From an uncultured Candidatus Actinomarina sp. (GTDB taxonomy: Bacteria; Actinomycetota; Acidimicrobiia; Actinomarinales; Actinomarinaceae): a stretch of 64,000 nucleotides of DNA. The notes beneath the pieces are model-generated. The model worked only from the letters and a program-made list of their open reading frames with translations, had not been told where the DNA came from and did no database searches. Location: assembly GCA_902578135.1 (NCBI GenBank), contig CACHBU010000001.1, positions 125,286 to 189,285 of the forward strand. Reading direction: 5' to 3'. Made by a program: the position numbers and the translations under genes. This document shows, one piece after another, positions 29,041 through 39,701 of the stretch; the first letter of the stretch is position 1; each line of letters opens with the position of its first letter.

Positions 29041-30330
29041 ATGAACAGGGTAGTTTTTATATTTTTATCTATTTTATTAATTGTTTTTCCACTTACTATT
29101 GAGAATTTTGAAAATGAAAATATTAACTATTTAGAACTTGTAAAAAATATAAAAACTGAGTTAATTCATACCGTAGTTAAAGCTCAAGTAAAAAATCCAG
29201 ATGAAATTAGTTTGACTAATGACCAAGCAGCTCTTCTTAAAATCAAATTAGACGAACTAGAGGTAGCTGATTTAGAGTTTCAAAATAATTTAATTAAAAG
29301 TTACGAAAACTCAATTATTCAAATTAACAAAGAAGTGAATAAAAAACTAGCAATTTATAAATATAGAGAATTTGTTAATGAATTTGGTGGAATCAAAGGA
29401 ATTTATTTAAATAGCTATGACTTTTTAAATTCAGAGAAAATGTCATCTATTAAAACAATAATTGACGAAACAGTTGTGAACACTCTAGTTATTGATGTTA
29501 AAACAGACCACGGTCACTTAATGTACGACAGCAATGTTCAAGAAAGCTATGAAGTTAATATTGAAAGAGTAAAATTTAACAAAGCATCTCTGGTAGAGCT
29601 TAAAACGAATCACAATTTATATTTAATTGGAAGAGTTGTTGCGTTCCAAGATCCTTTATTTGCAAAAACATACGAAGAATCATCTGTATTTAACTCTATA
29701 ACTAATTCTATTTTTTCAAAAAATGGACAATATTTTCTTGATCCAAGTGATCAAAAAAGTAGAAATTATGTATTAAATATTGCAATAGAAGCATGCCATT
29801 TAGGTTTTGACGAGATTCAATTTGATTATATTAGATACCCAGATGCAATGAATCACCATCTAGTTTATGAAGAAGAAAGTAATTTTGAAAATAGAACACG
29901 CAATATAAATTCATTTTTACATGAGGCAACAAAAATACTTCATGGAGAAGGCTGTTTAGTGTCTGCAGACATATTTGGATATGTTTTGCAATCTGAGTCT
30001 GATAATGGAATTGGTCAACATTTGGAAACTATTGTTAAATCAGTAGATTTTATATCACCAATGGTTTATCCGTCTCATTACTCAAATGGATCCTTCGGTT
30101 ATAAATATCCAAACAGACATCCCTATGAAGTTGTTACTGCTGCACTCAGCGATGGGCTGTACAGAGGGACTAAGGTTGAACAGTTGAGGCCTTATTTGCA
30201 AGGATTTTGGCATACTACAGAAGATGTAAGATTAAATATAAAAGCTGCAGAAGATATGGGACTTGATTGGATAATCTGGAACAATTCCAGTGTGTATGAT
30301 GCAAATTATTTTACTAAAATTGAATCATGA
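29041..30330 (+). CDS. DUF4015 putative glycoside hydrolase (TIM barrel), secreted
   Basis: N-terminal signal/TM; HLGFDEIQFDYIRYP motif characteristic of the GHL/DUF4015 family. Confidence 0.6.
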   Translation: MNRVVFIFLSILLIVFPLTIENFENENINYLELVKNIKTELIHTVVKAQVKNPDEISLTNDQAALLKIKLDELEVADLEFQNNLIKSYENSIIQINKEVNKKLAIYKYREFVNEFGGIKGIYLNSYDFLNSEKMSSIKTIIDETVVNTLVIDVKTDHGHLMYDSNVQESYEVNIERVKFNKASLVELKTNHNLYLIGRVVAFQDPLFAKTYEESSVFNSITNSIFSKNGQYFLDPSDQKSRNYVLNIAIEACHLGFDEIQFDYIRYPDAMNHHLVYEEESNFENRTRNINSFLHEATKILHGEGCLVSADIFGYVLQSESDNGIGQHLETIVKSVDFISPMVYPSHYSNGSFGYKYPNRHPYEVVTAALSDGLYRGTKVEQLRPYLQGFWHTTEDVRLNIKAAEDMGLDWIIWNNSSVYDANYFTKIES

Positions 30331-31469
30331 CTAATAAAGAAAAGTTCAGAGATACTCTAGATAGTCTTCACAAAGAACTTTGTGATGTAAGTGATTGGAT
30401 GTACCACAACCCAGAACTAGGATTTGAGGAATATGAAACTTCAAAATACTTAGTAAATTTTATTGAGAGCAAGAATGCAAAAGTTAATTATCCTTCACAT
30501 AATCTTGATACGGCTTTTGATGTAACTTTTGGAGATTCTGGACCCCTTGTTGTGTTGTGCGTTGAATATGATGCTCTACCAGAAATTGGACATGCATGTG
30601 GACATAATATCATTGCAACTGCATCAATTGGTGCTGGTTTAGGCCTGCAAGATTTAGCGGATGATTTAGGTATTAGAGTCAAACTTCTTGGAACTCCAGC
30701 TGAAGAAGGTGGTGGAGGAAAAATTATTTTACTTGATAATGGAGCTTTTGAGGATGCTAAATGTTCAATGATGATTCATCCAGGATACGAAAATGTAGTT
30801 AATCCTACTTTTACAACCATACAGCAATACACTGTTGAGTTTTTTGGTAAAGATGCTCATGCTGCTGGAGCACCCCAAGAAGGAATAAATGCTTTAGATG
30901 CACAAATCCAACTTTTTGTAAATGCTTCAACCTATAGACAGCAAATGGTACAGAGCAACAGAATGCACGGTGTTATCAAAGATGGAGGATTTAAGCCAAA
31001 TATAATCCCTTCATACACAAAGTCTGAATGGTATTTGAGATCATTAAATAAAGAGGGGCTAGGCAAACTTGAAAGTGATTTTTACAATTTTGCTAATGCA
31101 GCAGCTATGTCTACAAAGTGTGAAGTAAAAATAACTTTTCCTGATTACCGCTATGAAGAAATTGATAATAATAAAACAATGTATGAACTATACGTTGCTA
31201 ATTCTGCTGATATAGATCGAAAAATGATTTTACAAAAAGACGCTACAAGCCCTGGTTTAGGATCAACAGATATGGGAAATATTTCTCAAGTATTCCCTTC
31301 AATTCACCCTATGTTGTCTATAGATGCTAAAAACGCCGTAAACCATCAACCAGAATATGCCGCTGCAACTATAACTCCAGGTGGCCACAAAGCTATATAT
31401 GATGGTGCTTATGCCATGGGGACAACAATTATTGATTTAGCTGAAAAAAATCTATGGGATAATCTCTAG
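30327..31469 (+). CDS. M20D family amidohydrolase (aminoacylase/hippurate hydrolase-like)
   Basis: HACGHN motif, [12 protein letters not shown]20 dimerisation insert; 380 aa. Confidence 0.75.
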   Translation: MTNKEKFRDTLDSLHKELCDVSDWMYHNPELGFEEYETSKYLVNFIESKNAKVNYPSHNLDTAFDVTFGDSGPLVVLCVEYDALPEIGHACGHNIIATASIGAGLGLQDLADDLGIRVKLLGTPAEEGGGGKIILLDNGAFEDAKCSMMIHPGYENVVNPTFTTIQQYTVEFFGKDAHAAGAPQEGINALDAQIQLFVNASTYRQQMVQSNRMHGVIKDGGFKPNIIPSYTKSEWYLRSLNKEGLGKLESDFYNFANAAAMSTKCEVKITFPDYRYEEIDNNKTMYELYVANSADIDRKMILQKDATSPGLGSTDMGNISQVFPSIHPMLSIDAKNAVNHQPEYAAATITPGGHKAIYDGAYAMGTTIIDLAEKNLWDNL

Positions 31470-32194
31470 AGAATTTGACTCAAAAATAGCTTAGTTCTGT
31501 CACTCTCAGGATTATTAAAGAATTCTTCAGGAGTATTTTCCTCTACAAGTTGACCTTCGTCAAATAACATGACTCTATCTGCGACTTCTTTTGCAAAACC
31601 CATTTCATGAGTAACCACAATCATTGTCATACCAGATTGTGCTAATTCTTTCATAACATCTAATACTTCTTTAATCATTTCAGGATCTAATGCAGAAGTA
31701 GGTTCGTCAAAAAGCATAATCTTTGGTTCCATAGCTAGTGCTCTTGCAATTGCTACTCTTTGTTGCTGACCGCCAGAGAGCTGTCCCGGAAACTTTTGAG
31801 CTTGTTCTGGAATTCCAACTCTTTCGAGAAGCTCCATTGCTTTTTCTTCAGCTTCTGCCCTATTCTTTTTTCTAACCCATATCTGGGCAAGGGTAATATT
31901 CTGCATAACTGTTAAATGTGGGAAAAGATTAAAGCTCTGAAAAACCATTCCAACTTCAGATCTAATAGCTTCTATGTTCTTCAAATCATTTGTAAGCTCT
32001 ATACCATCAACAATTATTTGACCTTCTTGATGTTGTTCAAGCCTGTTAATGCATCGTATGAATGTAGATTTACCTGAACCTGATGGACCACAGATTACAA
32101 GAACCTCTCCTTCTGCAACGTCCATGCTTATACCTTTTAATGCTTGAAAATCTCCAAACCATTTTTTAACATCTTTTGTTTGAATTATGCTCAT
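31466..32194 (-). CDS. aapP: amino-acid ABC transporter ATP-binding protein
   Basis: Walker [25 protein letters not shown] signature, Walker [11 protein letters not shown]. Confidence 0.9.
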   Translation of the reverse strand: MSIIQTKDVKKWFGDFQALKGISMDVAEGEVLVICGPSGSGKSTFIRCINRLEQHQEGQIIVDGIELTNDLKNIEAIRSEVGMVFQSFNLFPHLTVMQNITLAQIWVRKKNRAEAEEKAMELLERVGIPEQAQKFPGQLSGGQQQRVAIARALAMEPKIMLFDEPTSALDPEMIKEVLDVMKELAQSGMTMIVVTHEMGFAKEVADRVMLFDEGQLVEENTPEEFFNNPESDRTKLFLSQIL

Positions 32195-32200
32195 ACGCTA

Positions 32201-34003
32201 TTACCTCTCTCCTAATCCTAACTTCTTTTCAACTTTCATGCTTCTTCTAGAAAGCGTAAAAGTAAATATCCAATATACAATTGCTACAAAAATTAAATTC
32301 TCTCTGTCATGACCAACAAAGTTTACAGGTATTGATTGATTTCCGATAACAGTTTTTCCAATAGTGAGGAAATCAAATAACCCAATAATTGTCACAAGAC
32401 TTGAGTCTTTAAAAGCTGTAATAGCACTGCTAACAAGAGTAGGTATAACTGCTCTTAGAGCCTGTGGCATAATAATTAGAGAAATCTTTTGGAATGGGCT
32501 CATTCCTATTGCATCAGCCGCTTCATATTGTCCTTTTGGAATAGATTGGAGACCACCTCTAATATTCTCTGCAAAGTAAGCACCACTGAAAAAAGCTGTC
32601 ACCATCAATACTCTAACTATTAAGTTGAACTCAACTCCTGCGGGTAGAAATACGGCTAACGTGACGCTTGCAAAAAATAACCATGTGATATATGGCACAG
32701 ACCTAGTTAATTCAATAATTCCAGTACAGACAATTCTAATTATTGGTAGTTTTGAGTTTCTCCCTAGTGCCAGTAAGACTCCAAGTGGGAAAGAAACATA
32801 TGTTCCAAATATGGCCAGTAACCATGTTAAAGAAAAACCTCCAAAGATACTTGAACCCGGAACAACTATACCAGTATCTGATGCTCCCCCTCTTAGTAAA
32901 AAGGTAAGAGTAACCAATGCAACTGCCCACACGATTAAAAGACTTCTTTTACCCTGCGACGAAGTTGATACAGCTGGCACCACAACCGAGAATAATGCTA
33001 TCAAGAGTAAGCAAGTTTTGGCCAACATTGGTAAACTGGAAAACACACCAACAAGTGTTAATAGGAAAGTTAGTCCTAAGTAAGTTGAGTAATATTTTTT
33101 AAATATAGAGTTATTAACAAAAGTAATTACTAAAAAACCCCAAAGTAAGAAAGCACCAAATATAGGAAGGTCACTGCCAAGCACGACTGACATATCAATT
33201 TGTGGTTTTTTGAAAATCCAAGAAAAAATTAAAAGAGGTAATAAAAACCATGATAAAGACATGATTGACTTAATACTTTTTATATTTTTAAGATACATCC
33301 CAATAAAATAGCTAACCAAGAATGATACAAAGATAACTGTCCAAGGAATCTTTGTGGTATTAGCTATTGGCATTACAGGGTCAGGAATAATTCTTTCATT
33401 ATTTTGATCCAGTTGAATAGTGGGTAGCTTTATAAACCAAAGAAGTGCGACAGGGATGAATAAATAAAAGAAAACCATGTCAGAGCTATTTATCGTGAAG
33501 TTGATATTTATAAATCGGATACTGAAAAATATTACACAGAAAATAGCAACTGGAATTAATATTCCTAATCTTGTTTCCATAGAAAAAACTTCTTCTGTTA
33601 TAACCGACCCGTCATTTCCCATAAAGCTTGAATTTGTTGGAGCAATAATTGTAAAGAACAATACACCTAAGCCGCCTTTAAAAAAGGAGTTAAATACCTG
33701 AGAACTTTTTACCCTATCATCACTTCTCCAAATGCCAATTGATAATCCTGCAAGGACAAAAGTAAGTCCAACTGATAACCAGACTCTAATAAAATCTTCC
33801 TCTGGATATGCTTGAACCATGTATAGCTGCATATTGTTTAATACAGCCAGCCAATCTTTATCTGACGTTAATGCAAAACCAAGCATTCCTCTGAAAAAGT
33901 TAATTACAAGATACGTTGTAGCAATAGTTAAAGCTGCAGATCCGACAGACGAAAATAAGCTCTCTTGTAATGACTTTGCATTCTTTTTAATTAAATCAAC
34001 CAT
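32201..34003 (-). CDS. aapM: amino-acid ABC transporter permease (AapM-like) with ~380-aa extra N-terminal polytopic region
   Basis: C-terminal EAADAIGMSPFQKISLIIMPQALRAVIPT (EAA loop); 600 aa versus ~380 aa typical. Confidence 0.75.
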   Translation of the reverse strand: MVDLIKKNAKSLQESLFSSVGSAALTIATTYLVINFFRGMLGFALTSDKDWLAVLNNMQLYMVQAYPEEDFIRVWLSVGLTFVLAGLSIGIWRSDDRVKSSQVFNSFFKGGLGVLFFTIIAPTNSSFMGNDGSVITEEVFSMETRLGILIPVAIFCVIFFSIRFININFTINSSDMVFFYLFIPVALLWFIKLPTIQLDQNNERIIPDPVMPIANTTKIPWTVIFVSFLVSYFIGMYLKNIKSIKSIMSLSWFLLPLLIFSWIFKKPQIDMSVVLGSDLPIFGAFLLWGFLVITFVNNSIFKKYYSTYLGLTFLLTLVGVFSSLPMLAKTCLLLIALFSVVVPAVSTSSQGKRSLLIVWAVALVTLTFLLRGGASDTGIVVPGSSIFGGFSLTWLLAIFGTYVSFPLGVLLALGRNSKLPIIRIVCTGIIELTRSVPYITWLFFASVTLAVFLPAGVEFNLIVRVLMVTAFFSGAYFAENIRGGLQSIPKGQYEAADAIGMSPFQKISLIIMPQALRAVIPTLVSSAITAFKDSSLVTIIGLFDFLTIGKTVIGNQSIPVNFVGHDRENLIFVAIVYWIFTFTLSRRSMKVEKKLGLGER

Positions 34004-35802
34004 TACCTCTCCACTATTTTCATTTTTCTATTGTAATAATTAATTATTGTTGAAATAGTCAAGCTTACTGTACTGTAAAACGCCATCCAGATTAAAAATA
34101 CCGGTAAGGTTTGACCTTCTTGGTTATAAAGGGTTTGCCCTACAGCAACAATTTCTGGATATGCAACAGCTATACCTAAAGATGTGTTCTTTGCAAGGTT
34201 TAGATACTGATTACCCATAGGTGGAAGCATTACCCTGATTGCCTGTGGTAAGACTATTAATCTTAGTAGTGCACCTCGGCCTAGCCCAAGAGAAAGACCT
34301 GCTTCAGACTGTCCTTTTGAAACTGCCATTATTCCAGCTCTAACAACTTCAGAAATGAATATTGCTGTATACAGAACAACTCCAAGCCAAATAGCAAAAT
34401 AGCCTACCGAGAGACTCTTACCAAACCCATCAGCATATCTTTTAAACTTAGTAGTACCAATTTGTTCTATTCTTGGTCTTGACAGTTCTAATGGTTTACT
34501 GTCTGTTACTCGAATATCGTATGTTTTTTCGTTTATTTTTACAGTATCTCCATTAGACACAAAAACCTCTTCGATTACACCTGTATATTTTGCATAAATG
34601 GATATCTCTTGATTCAAATCGCCCTTTAAGTCTTTTGCTGTAGCTCTTGCAACAACATCACCTTTTGTTACTTCTGTGCCGGGTACAGCAATCCAATCTA
34701 TAATATCTGCTCTCTTCATGCCATCCAGTTGTGCGTCTAATACAATTTTTGCCTCTGGATTCCAATATAGTTTATTATTAACACCGTCAAAAAATTGAGG
34801 AACCCCCCAGTCTGCTTTAAAAACTATTTCATCACCAACTAGAAAGTTAGAAAGTCCCAACCCTACAGAGGAAAACATTAAGACAACGACTAACAATACA
34901 ACTATGACATTTAATATTATTTTAAAGTAATCATCATCATTGTAAATTCCCTGGGCTTCTTCTGATTTTTTGCTATCTATAAACTTCTTTGTAGATCTAT
35001 AACCAATAAATACTGCAATTGAAGAGAAGAGTATTTGATAAAAAATTGCAGGCAAAAGGTCAACTCCTGTTGAAATATATCCGGCTAAGAATCCTATAAC
35101 GCCCATGACTCGATATCCTCCATACCAGCCAGCGACTAATAATCCAAAAAAGATACCAACTGACCAAAGAAAAGGCCTTGTTTCTCTACCCTCTCTTTCG
35201 AGAATTTGTACTCTCCACTTATAAATTTTGTTAGCCAAAATTAAAATGGCTAACAAATAAACCCAGAATAAATATGCTGTAGGTTGTCTGTTTAACCAAG
35301 GAAAGGCAATACCTTTTGCACTTACATGAAGATTGTAAGTTCCTACATCAAAGACTTCTAATCTAGGAAAAGTTAATACGAAAGCTTGGAAAAAGAAAAT
35401 TTGTACTAACAGAGGAACATTACGAACAACTTCTAGCAAACCTGTTGAAGTTTTTTCTACTATATAGTTTTTTGATAAACGGGCAATACCAAGAAATGTA
35501 CCCAAAAATGTTGCTGCAAATATACCCGTTACTGTGACCCTTAGCATATTTAGCATCCCGACTTGGATCATCTGTCGACCTGAATTAGGGAGAGTATACA
35601 TTCCTTCTGCGATCGAAACACCTGGAGTTTCTCCTAGCCATCCCCATGAGAAAGCAATATTAGTTTGTTCAAGATTAACAACTGCATTTTGGATATAGCT
35701 CCAGATAATATATAAAAGTCCTACTAAAAATACTATTTGTGAAGCCCACTTAAGAAATACTACGTTCCTAAAAAACGAGAGCGTCTTAAGTGCATTTTTC
35801 AT
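34003..35802 (-). CDS. aapQ: amino-acid ABC transporter permease (AapQ-like) with inserted soluble barrel-sandwich-like domain
   Basis: SEAGLSLGLGRGALLRLIVLPQAIRVMLPPM EAA loop; ~130-aa insert (AVPGTEVTKGDVVARATAKDLKGDLNQEISIYAKYTGVIEEVFVSNGDTVKIN) with a biotinyl/lipoyl-like hybrid motif pattern. Confidence 0.7.
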   Translation of the reverse strand: MKNALKTLSFFRNVVFLKWASQIVFLVGLLYIIWSYIQNAVVNLEQTNIAFSWGWLGETPGVSIAEGMYTLPNSGRQMIQVGMLNMLRVTVTGIFAATFLGTFLGIARLSKNYIVEKTSTGLLEVVRNVPLLVQIFFFQAFVLTFPRLEVFDVGTYNLHVSAKGIAFPWLNRQPTAYLFWVYLLAILILANKIYKWRVQILEREGRETRPFLWSVGIFFGLLVAGWYGGYRVMGVIGFLAGYISTGVDLLPAIFYQILFSSIAVFIGYRSTKKFIDSKKSEEAQGIYNDDDYFKIILNVIVVLLVVVLMFSSVGLGLSNFLVGDEIVFKADWGVPQFFDGVNNKLYWNPEAKIVLDAQLDGMKRADIIDWIAVPGTEVTKGDVVARATAKDLKGDLNQEISIYAKYTGVIEEVFVSNGDTVKINEKTYDIRVTDSKPLELSRPRIEQIGTTKFKRYADGFGKSLSVGYFAIWLGVVLYTAIFISEVVRAGIMAVSKGQSEAGLSLGLGRGALLRLIVLPQAIRVMLPPMGNQYLNLAKNTSLGIAVAYPEIVAVGQTLYNQEGQTLPVFLIWMAFYSTVSLTISTIINYYNRKMKIVER

Positions 35803-35840
35803 AAATAAATCCTATCAGAAATATTTTTCTTATTCAAAGT

Positions 35841-35863
35841 AAAAGGGGCTAAAAGCCCCTTTT
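35841..35863 (-). terminator. intra-operon hairpin (attenuator/partial terminator) between aapJ and aapQ
   Basis: AAAAGGGGC-UAAAA-GCCCCUUUU perfect hairpin with flanking A/U runs. Confidence 0.5.
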
Positions 35864-35885
35864 ACTAATTATAAATAGGTAAAAA

Positions 35886-36965
35886 TTACCTTGCTGGTGG
35901 TGCGTAAACTAATCCGCCTTCTGTCCAGCGAGCGTTAGCTCCACCTTCTCTATAGAGACCTAATGGATTTAGGTTTCTTGAGAAGATTTCATCGTAGTTA
36001 CCAATTTGTTTTACAACGTTGTAATACGCATCGGCACTAAGACCCATCTTTGTTTGAAGCTCTCCGTCATTCTTACCAAATAATCTACCCATTTCTGGTG
36101 CAGCGTCATAGTCAAATGAATCGATGTTAGCTCTTGTAACTCCGTACTCATCTGCAATGATTGTTGCATAAACAGTCCAGTTAATGATGTCAGCCCATTG
36201 GCTATCATTTGATCTGTATGTTGGACCTAATGGTTCTTTTGAAATTGGTGATTGTGGGAAAATTGCCCAGTCATTAAGAGCGTCATTGACTGCTCTTCTA
36301 CCAACTAATCCTGAACCGTCAGTTGTAACAATATCACACTCACCAGCAATGAACTTGTCAATTGCCTCTGAGAATGCTTCAACTGTTACGAGCTCAATTG
36401 TAGCTCCTACAAGTCCAGCACCTTCTGTAATATTCTTTTCTGTGGTTGTACCAGCATTTGTACATACTCTTAGTCCGTCAATATCAGCAAGAGTTGAAGA
36501 TGATGAAAGTCCATCAGAAACTCTTCCCATTAATTGCTGACCGTCAAAGTAAGTTGTTGGTCCAAAATCGTTACCAAGCTCTGTGTCTCGGCTTTGAGTC
36601 CAAGTTGTGTTTCTTATTAACACATCAACTTCTCCAGCGCTAAGTGCTGTAAATCTTTCAGCTGCAGTAAGTTGTTTAAATTCAACTTTACTGTAATCAC
36701 CGAAGATAGCAGCAGCAACTGCATAACAGTAGTCAACGTCGAATCCTGAATAAGAACCGTCGTCCCCTACTTCAGTAAATCCAGTTGCACCTGTGCTAAC
36801 ACCGCACTTAAGGAAGCCTCTTTCTTGAACTTGTTCAAGCGTTGACTCGCCTTCGTGGTCATGTTCTTCTTCAGTAGCCTCAACAGCTGCTTCGTCAGTT
36901 GTGTCTCCACAAGCAACGATAACCATTGCGAATACTAAAAGAAAAACAATTGCTTTTTTATTCAA
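35886..36965 (-). CDS. aapJ: amino-acid ABC transporter substrate-binding lipoprotein (general L-amino acid, AapJ-like)
   Basis: Signal peptide + lipobox VIVAC; periplasmic binding protein type 3 pattern. Confidence 0.8.
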   Translation of the reverse strand: MNKKAIVFLLVFAMVIVACGDTTDEAAVEATEEEHDHEGESTLEQVQERGFLKCGVSTGATGFTEVGDDGSYSGFDVDYCYAVAAAIFGDYSKVEFKQLTAAERFTALSAGEVDVLIRNTTWTQSRDTELGNDFGPTTYFDGQQLMGRVSDGLSSSSTLADIDGLRVCTNAGTTTEKNITEGAGLVGATIELVTVEAFSEAIDKFIAGECDIVTTDGSGLVGRRAVNDALNDWAIFPQSPISKEPLGPTYRSNDSQWADIINWTVYATIIADEYGVTRANIDSFDYDAAPEMGRLFGKNDGELQTKMGLSADAYYNVVKQIGNYDEIFSRNLNPLGLYREGGANARWTEGGLVYAPPAR

Positions 36966-37165
36966 TGTTTATCTCCTTTTAATTAAAAGTAGACAGCCTC
37001 TTTAGAGGCCGTATGTATATAAATCTAATATAGTTAGGATTTTGTATCAATGAAAAATACCTTAAAAATACAAAAAATTTGCAATTTAAGTGGAATTCGC
37101 TAAGAAACTTGTTCTTATTAATAAAAACTTAGGTTATCATTTTATGTTGTATCTAAGGAGAAAAA

Positions 37166-38437
37166 TTGTCCACTACCGTAGTTCTCGGAGCCCAGTGGGG
37201 AGATGAAGGTAAGGGTAAAGTCACAGATTTTTTTGCTTCAACAGCTGATTTTGTCGTTAGATTTCAAGGTGGAAACAATGCTGGTCATACAATTGTGGTT
37301 GGGGATGACAAAATTGCATTATCCCTAACACCATCAGGGGTTCTTTATCCTGAGTGCACCCCGGTTATCGGCTCGGGTTGTGTTGTTGATCTTGGGTTCT
37401 TAAAAAAAGAACTTGAAATGCTAAACAAAAAAAATATTAATACGGATAAATTAGTGATTTCTCCAAATGCACATGTAATAATGCCATACCATAAACTACT
37501 CGATGAGTTAATAGAAGAAAGTTTAGGAGAAAACAAAATCGGAACAACAAAAAAAGGGATTGGACCGTGTTATGCCGATAAAATTCAAAGAAAAGGAATA
37601 AGAATTCAAGATCTATTAGATAAAACGAATTTAGAAATAAAAGTTAGAAATAATGTAGAAGATGTAAACCTAACTCTTACAAAAATTTATAACCGGCCTC
37701 CAATAATAGTTGATGAGATTATTGACCAGTTCAGTACCTATAAAGATATTGTAACTAGTCATGTTGCAGATACATCTTTATTGATCGCAAATGCAATAAA
37801 AAATAAAAAAACAATTTTATTTGAGGGAGCGCAAGGAGCTTTATTAGACATTGATCATGGAACGTATCCTTTTGTAACAAGCTCAAATACTTCTTCTGGC
37901 AATGCAGCTATTGGCTCAGGCATAGGTCCTAAAAATCTAGATAAAATAGTTGGTGTAACAAAAGCATATATTTCTCGTGTTGGTAGTGGTCCTTTTATTA
38001 CAGAGCAAAAAAACAAAATTGGCGACTATTTAATAGAAAAGGGAGCAGAGTTTGGAGTTGTTACTGGTAGAAAGAGAAGATGTGGATGGCTTGATTTAAT
38101 CTCTCTAAAATACTCAGCAAGAGTTAACTCTTTAACGGAACTTTTTATAACTAAACTTGACGTGCTTTCAGGCCTTGAAGAAATTAAACTTTGTGTAGGT
38201 TACAAAAACAACGGCGAAATTATCACTGACTATCCATATGATCAAAAAATCTTAAATTCAGCTGAGCCAGTTTATGAAACATTTGATGGTTGGATGGATG
38301 ATATTTCAGCAATTAAATCTTTTGAAGATTTACCAGATAATGCTCAAAGTTATATAAAGGCAATTGAAACCTTTATAGAAGTACCCATTACGTTTATCTC
38401 TGTTGGACCAGAGAGAACAGAAAATATAATAATTTAA
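37166..38437 (+). CDS. purA: adenylosuccinate synthetase
   Basis: GAQWGDEGKGK P-loop, GGNNAGHT; TTG start with AAGGAG RBS. Confidence 0.95.
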   Translation: MSTTVVLGAQWGDEGKGKVTDFFASTADFVVRFQGGNNAGHTIVVGDDKIALSLTPSGVLYPECTPVIGSGCVVDLGFLKKELEMLNKKNINTDKLVISPNAHVIMPYHKLLDELIEESLGENKIGTTKKGIGPCYADKIQRKGIRIQDLLDKTNLEIKVRNNVEDVNLTLTKIYNRPPIIVDEIIDQFSTYKDIVTSHVADTSLLIANAIKNKKTILFEGAQGALLDIDHGTYPFVTSSNTSSGNAAIGSGIGPKNLDKIVGVTKAYISRVGSGPFITEQKNKIGDYLIEKGAEFGVVTGRKRRCGWLDLISLKYSARVNSLTELFITKLDVLSGLEEIKLCVGYKNNGEIITDYPYDQKILNSAEPVYETFDGWMDDISAIKSFEDLPDNAQSYIKAIETFIEVPITFISVGPERTENIII

Positions 38438-39700
38438 ATGATTGAAAGATACATAAATAATAGAGTTAATGCAATTTGGAATGATCAAAATAGATTTGAT
38501 ACATGGAAACTCATACAGGAGAAATATGTTGAAACTCTTGAACAACTAAAAATAGCAGAAGCTGGTATTGCAAAAAAAATTCGAGAGGCTGAAGTTTCAA
38601 AAGAAGAAGTATATAAACAAGAGAAGGTTACAAATCATGATTTAGCCTCATTTGTAGATATACTTCAAAAAAAAGTTGGTGAGGGTTCGAATTGGATTCA
38701 CTATGGTCTTACTAGTTCAGATATTGTAGATAGTGCTAATAGTTTACTCATATTACAATCTATAGAAATAGCTCAAGAGTTGATTCTTGATTTGCTTAAA
38801 GAACTCAAATTAAAAGCAAAAAAAAATAAAGATACCAAAATTATTGGCAGAACTCATGGAGTATATGCTGAAGAAACCTTTCTTGGTAATATATTTGGAA
38901 ACTGGTATCTAGAAATTAAAAGGTCTCTTGATAGAGTTGAAAGGGCAAAAGTTTCAATTTCTTATGGAAAACTAAGTGGCCCTGTTGGTAACCACACAGT
39001 TGTTACAGAAGAAATGGAAAAAATAACACTTGAAAAACTTGGACTCAAACCTGAAATATTTGCAAGTCAAATAGTGAGCAGAGATAGATACGCTGAGGTA
39101 TTTACTTCTCTTTCTATTCTGGCTTCAACCTACGAGAGAATCTCAACTAATTTAAGAAGTTATCAAAGATCAGAAATTTCTGAAATGTATGAACCATTTA
39201 AAGATGGGCAAAAAGGCTCTTCTGCAATGCCTCATAAAAAAAATCCTATAGGCAGTGAGAGAATTACTGGACTTGCAAGAATTGTCAGGGGATACACATT
39301 AAGTGGTTTAGAGAATATGGTACTTTGGAATGAAAGAGATATATCTAATTCTTCAGTAGAAAGAATTGCGCTACCAGATTGTTTTAATTTAATTTGCTTC
39401 ATGACTTCAGAACTAACATCGATTATTAGTGACCTTGTCATTAATTATGAACAAATTGAAATCAATTTAAATAATGCTAAAAGTAAAACAATGAGTCAAC
39501 AAATACTATCTCATCTTGTAAGCGTTGGCGTTAATAGAGAAGAGGCTTATGAGGTAATTCAGGAAGAAACATTTAAAAACTTAAGTCCAGATGAATTAAA
39601 AACCAACCTCGAAAAACATTTTAGTGTTGAATTTCCTGATTTTGACACTCTTGATAGCCAAAACATCAGTAAAGAATCTTTTGAGGATAAATTAACTTAA
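38438..39700 (+). CDS. purB: adenylosuccinate lyase
   Basis: Fumarate-lyase signature GSSAMPHKKNP; 420 aa. Confidence 0.9.
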   Translation: MIERYINNRVNAIWNDQNRFDTWKLIQEKYVETLEQLKIAEAGIAKKIREAEVSKEEVYKQEKVTNHDLASFVDILQKKVGEGSNWIHYGLTSSDIVDSANSLLILQSIEIAQELILDLLKELKLKAKKNKDTKIIGRTHGVYAEETFLGNIFGNWYLEIKRSLDRVERAKVSISYGKLSGPVGNHTVVTEEMEKITLEKLGLKPEIFASQIVSRDRYAEVFTSLSILASTYERISTNLRSYQRSEISEMYEPFKDGQKGSSAMPHKKNPIGSERITGLARIVRGYTLSGLENMVLWNERDISNSSVERIALPDCFNLICFMTSELTSIISDLVINYEQIEINLNNAKSKTMSQQILSHLVSVGVNREEAYEVIQEETFKNLSPDELKTNLEKHFSVEFPDFDTLDSQNISKESFEDKLT

Positions 39701-39701
39701 T

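Noticed and set aside
36990-37020. Small hairpin GCCTC-TTTA-GAGGC in the aapJ/purA divergent intergenic region, considered as a terminator or riboswitch stem.
   Set aside because: Only a 5-bp stem with no U-tract and no upstream convergent gene. Most likely part of the aapJ 5' UTR with no recognisable riboswitch consensus.
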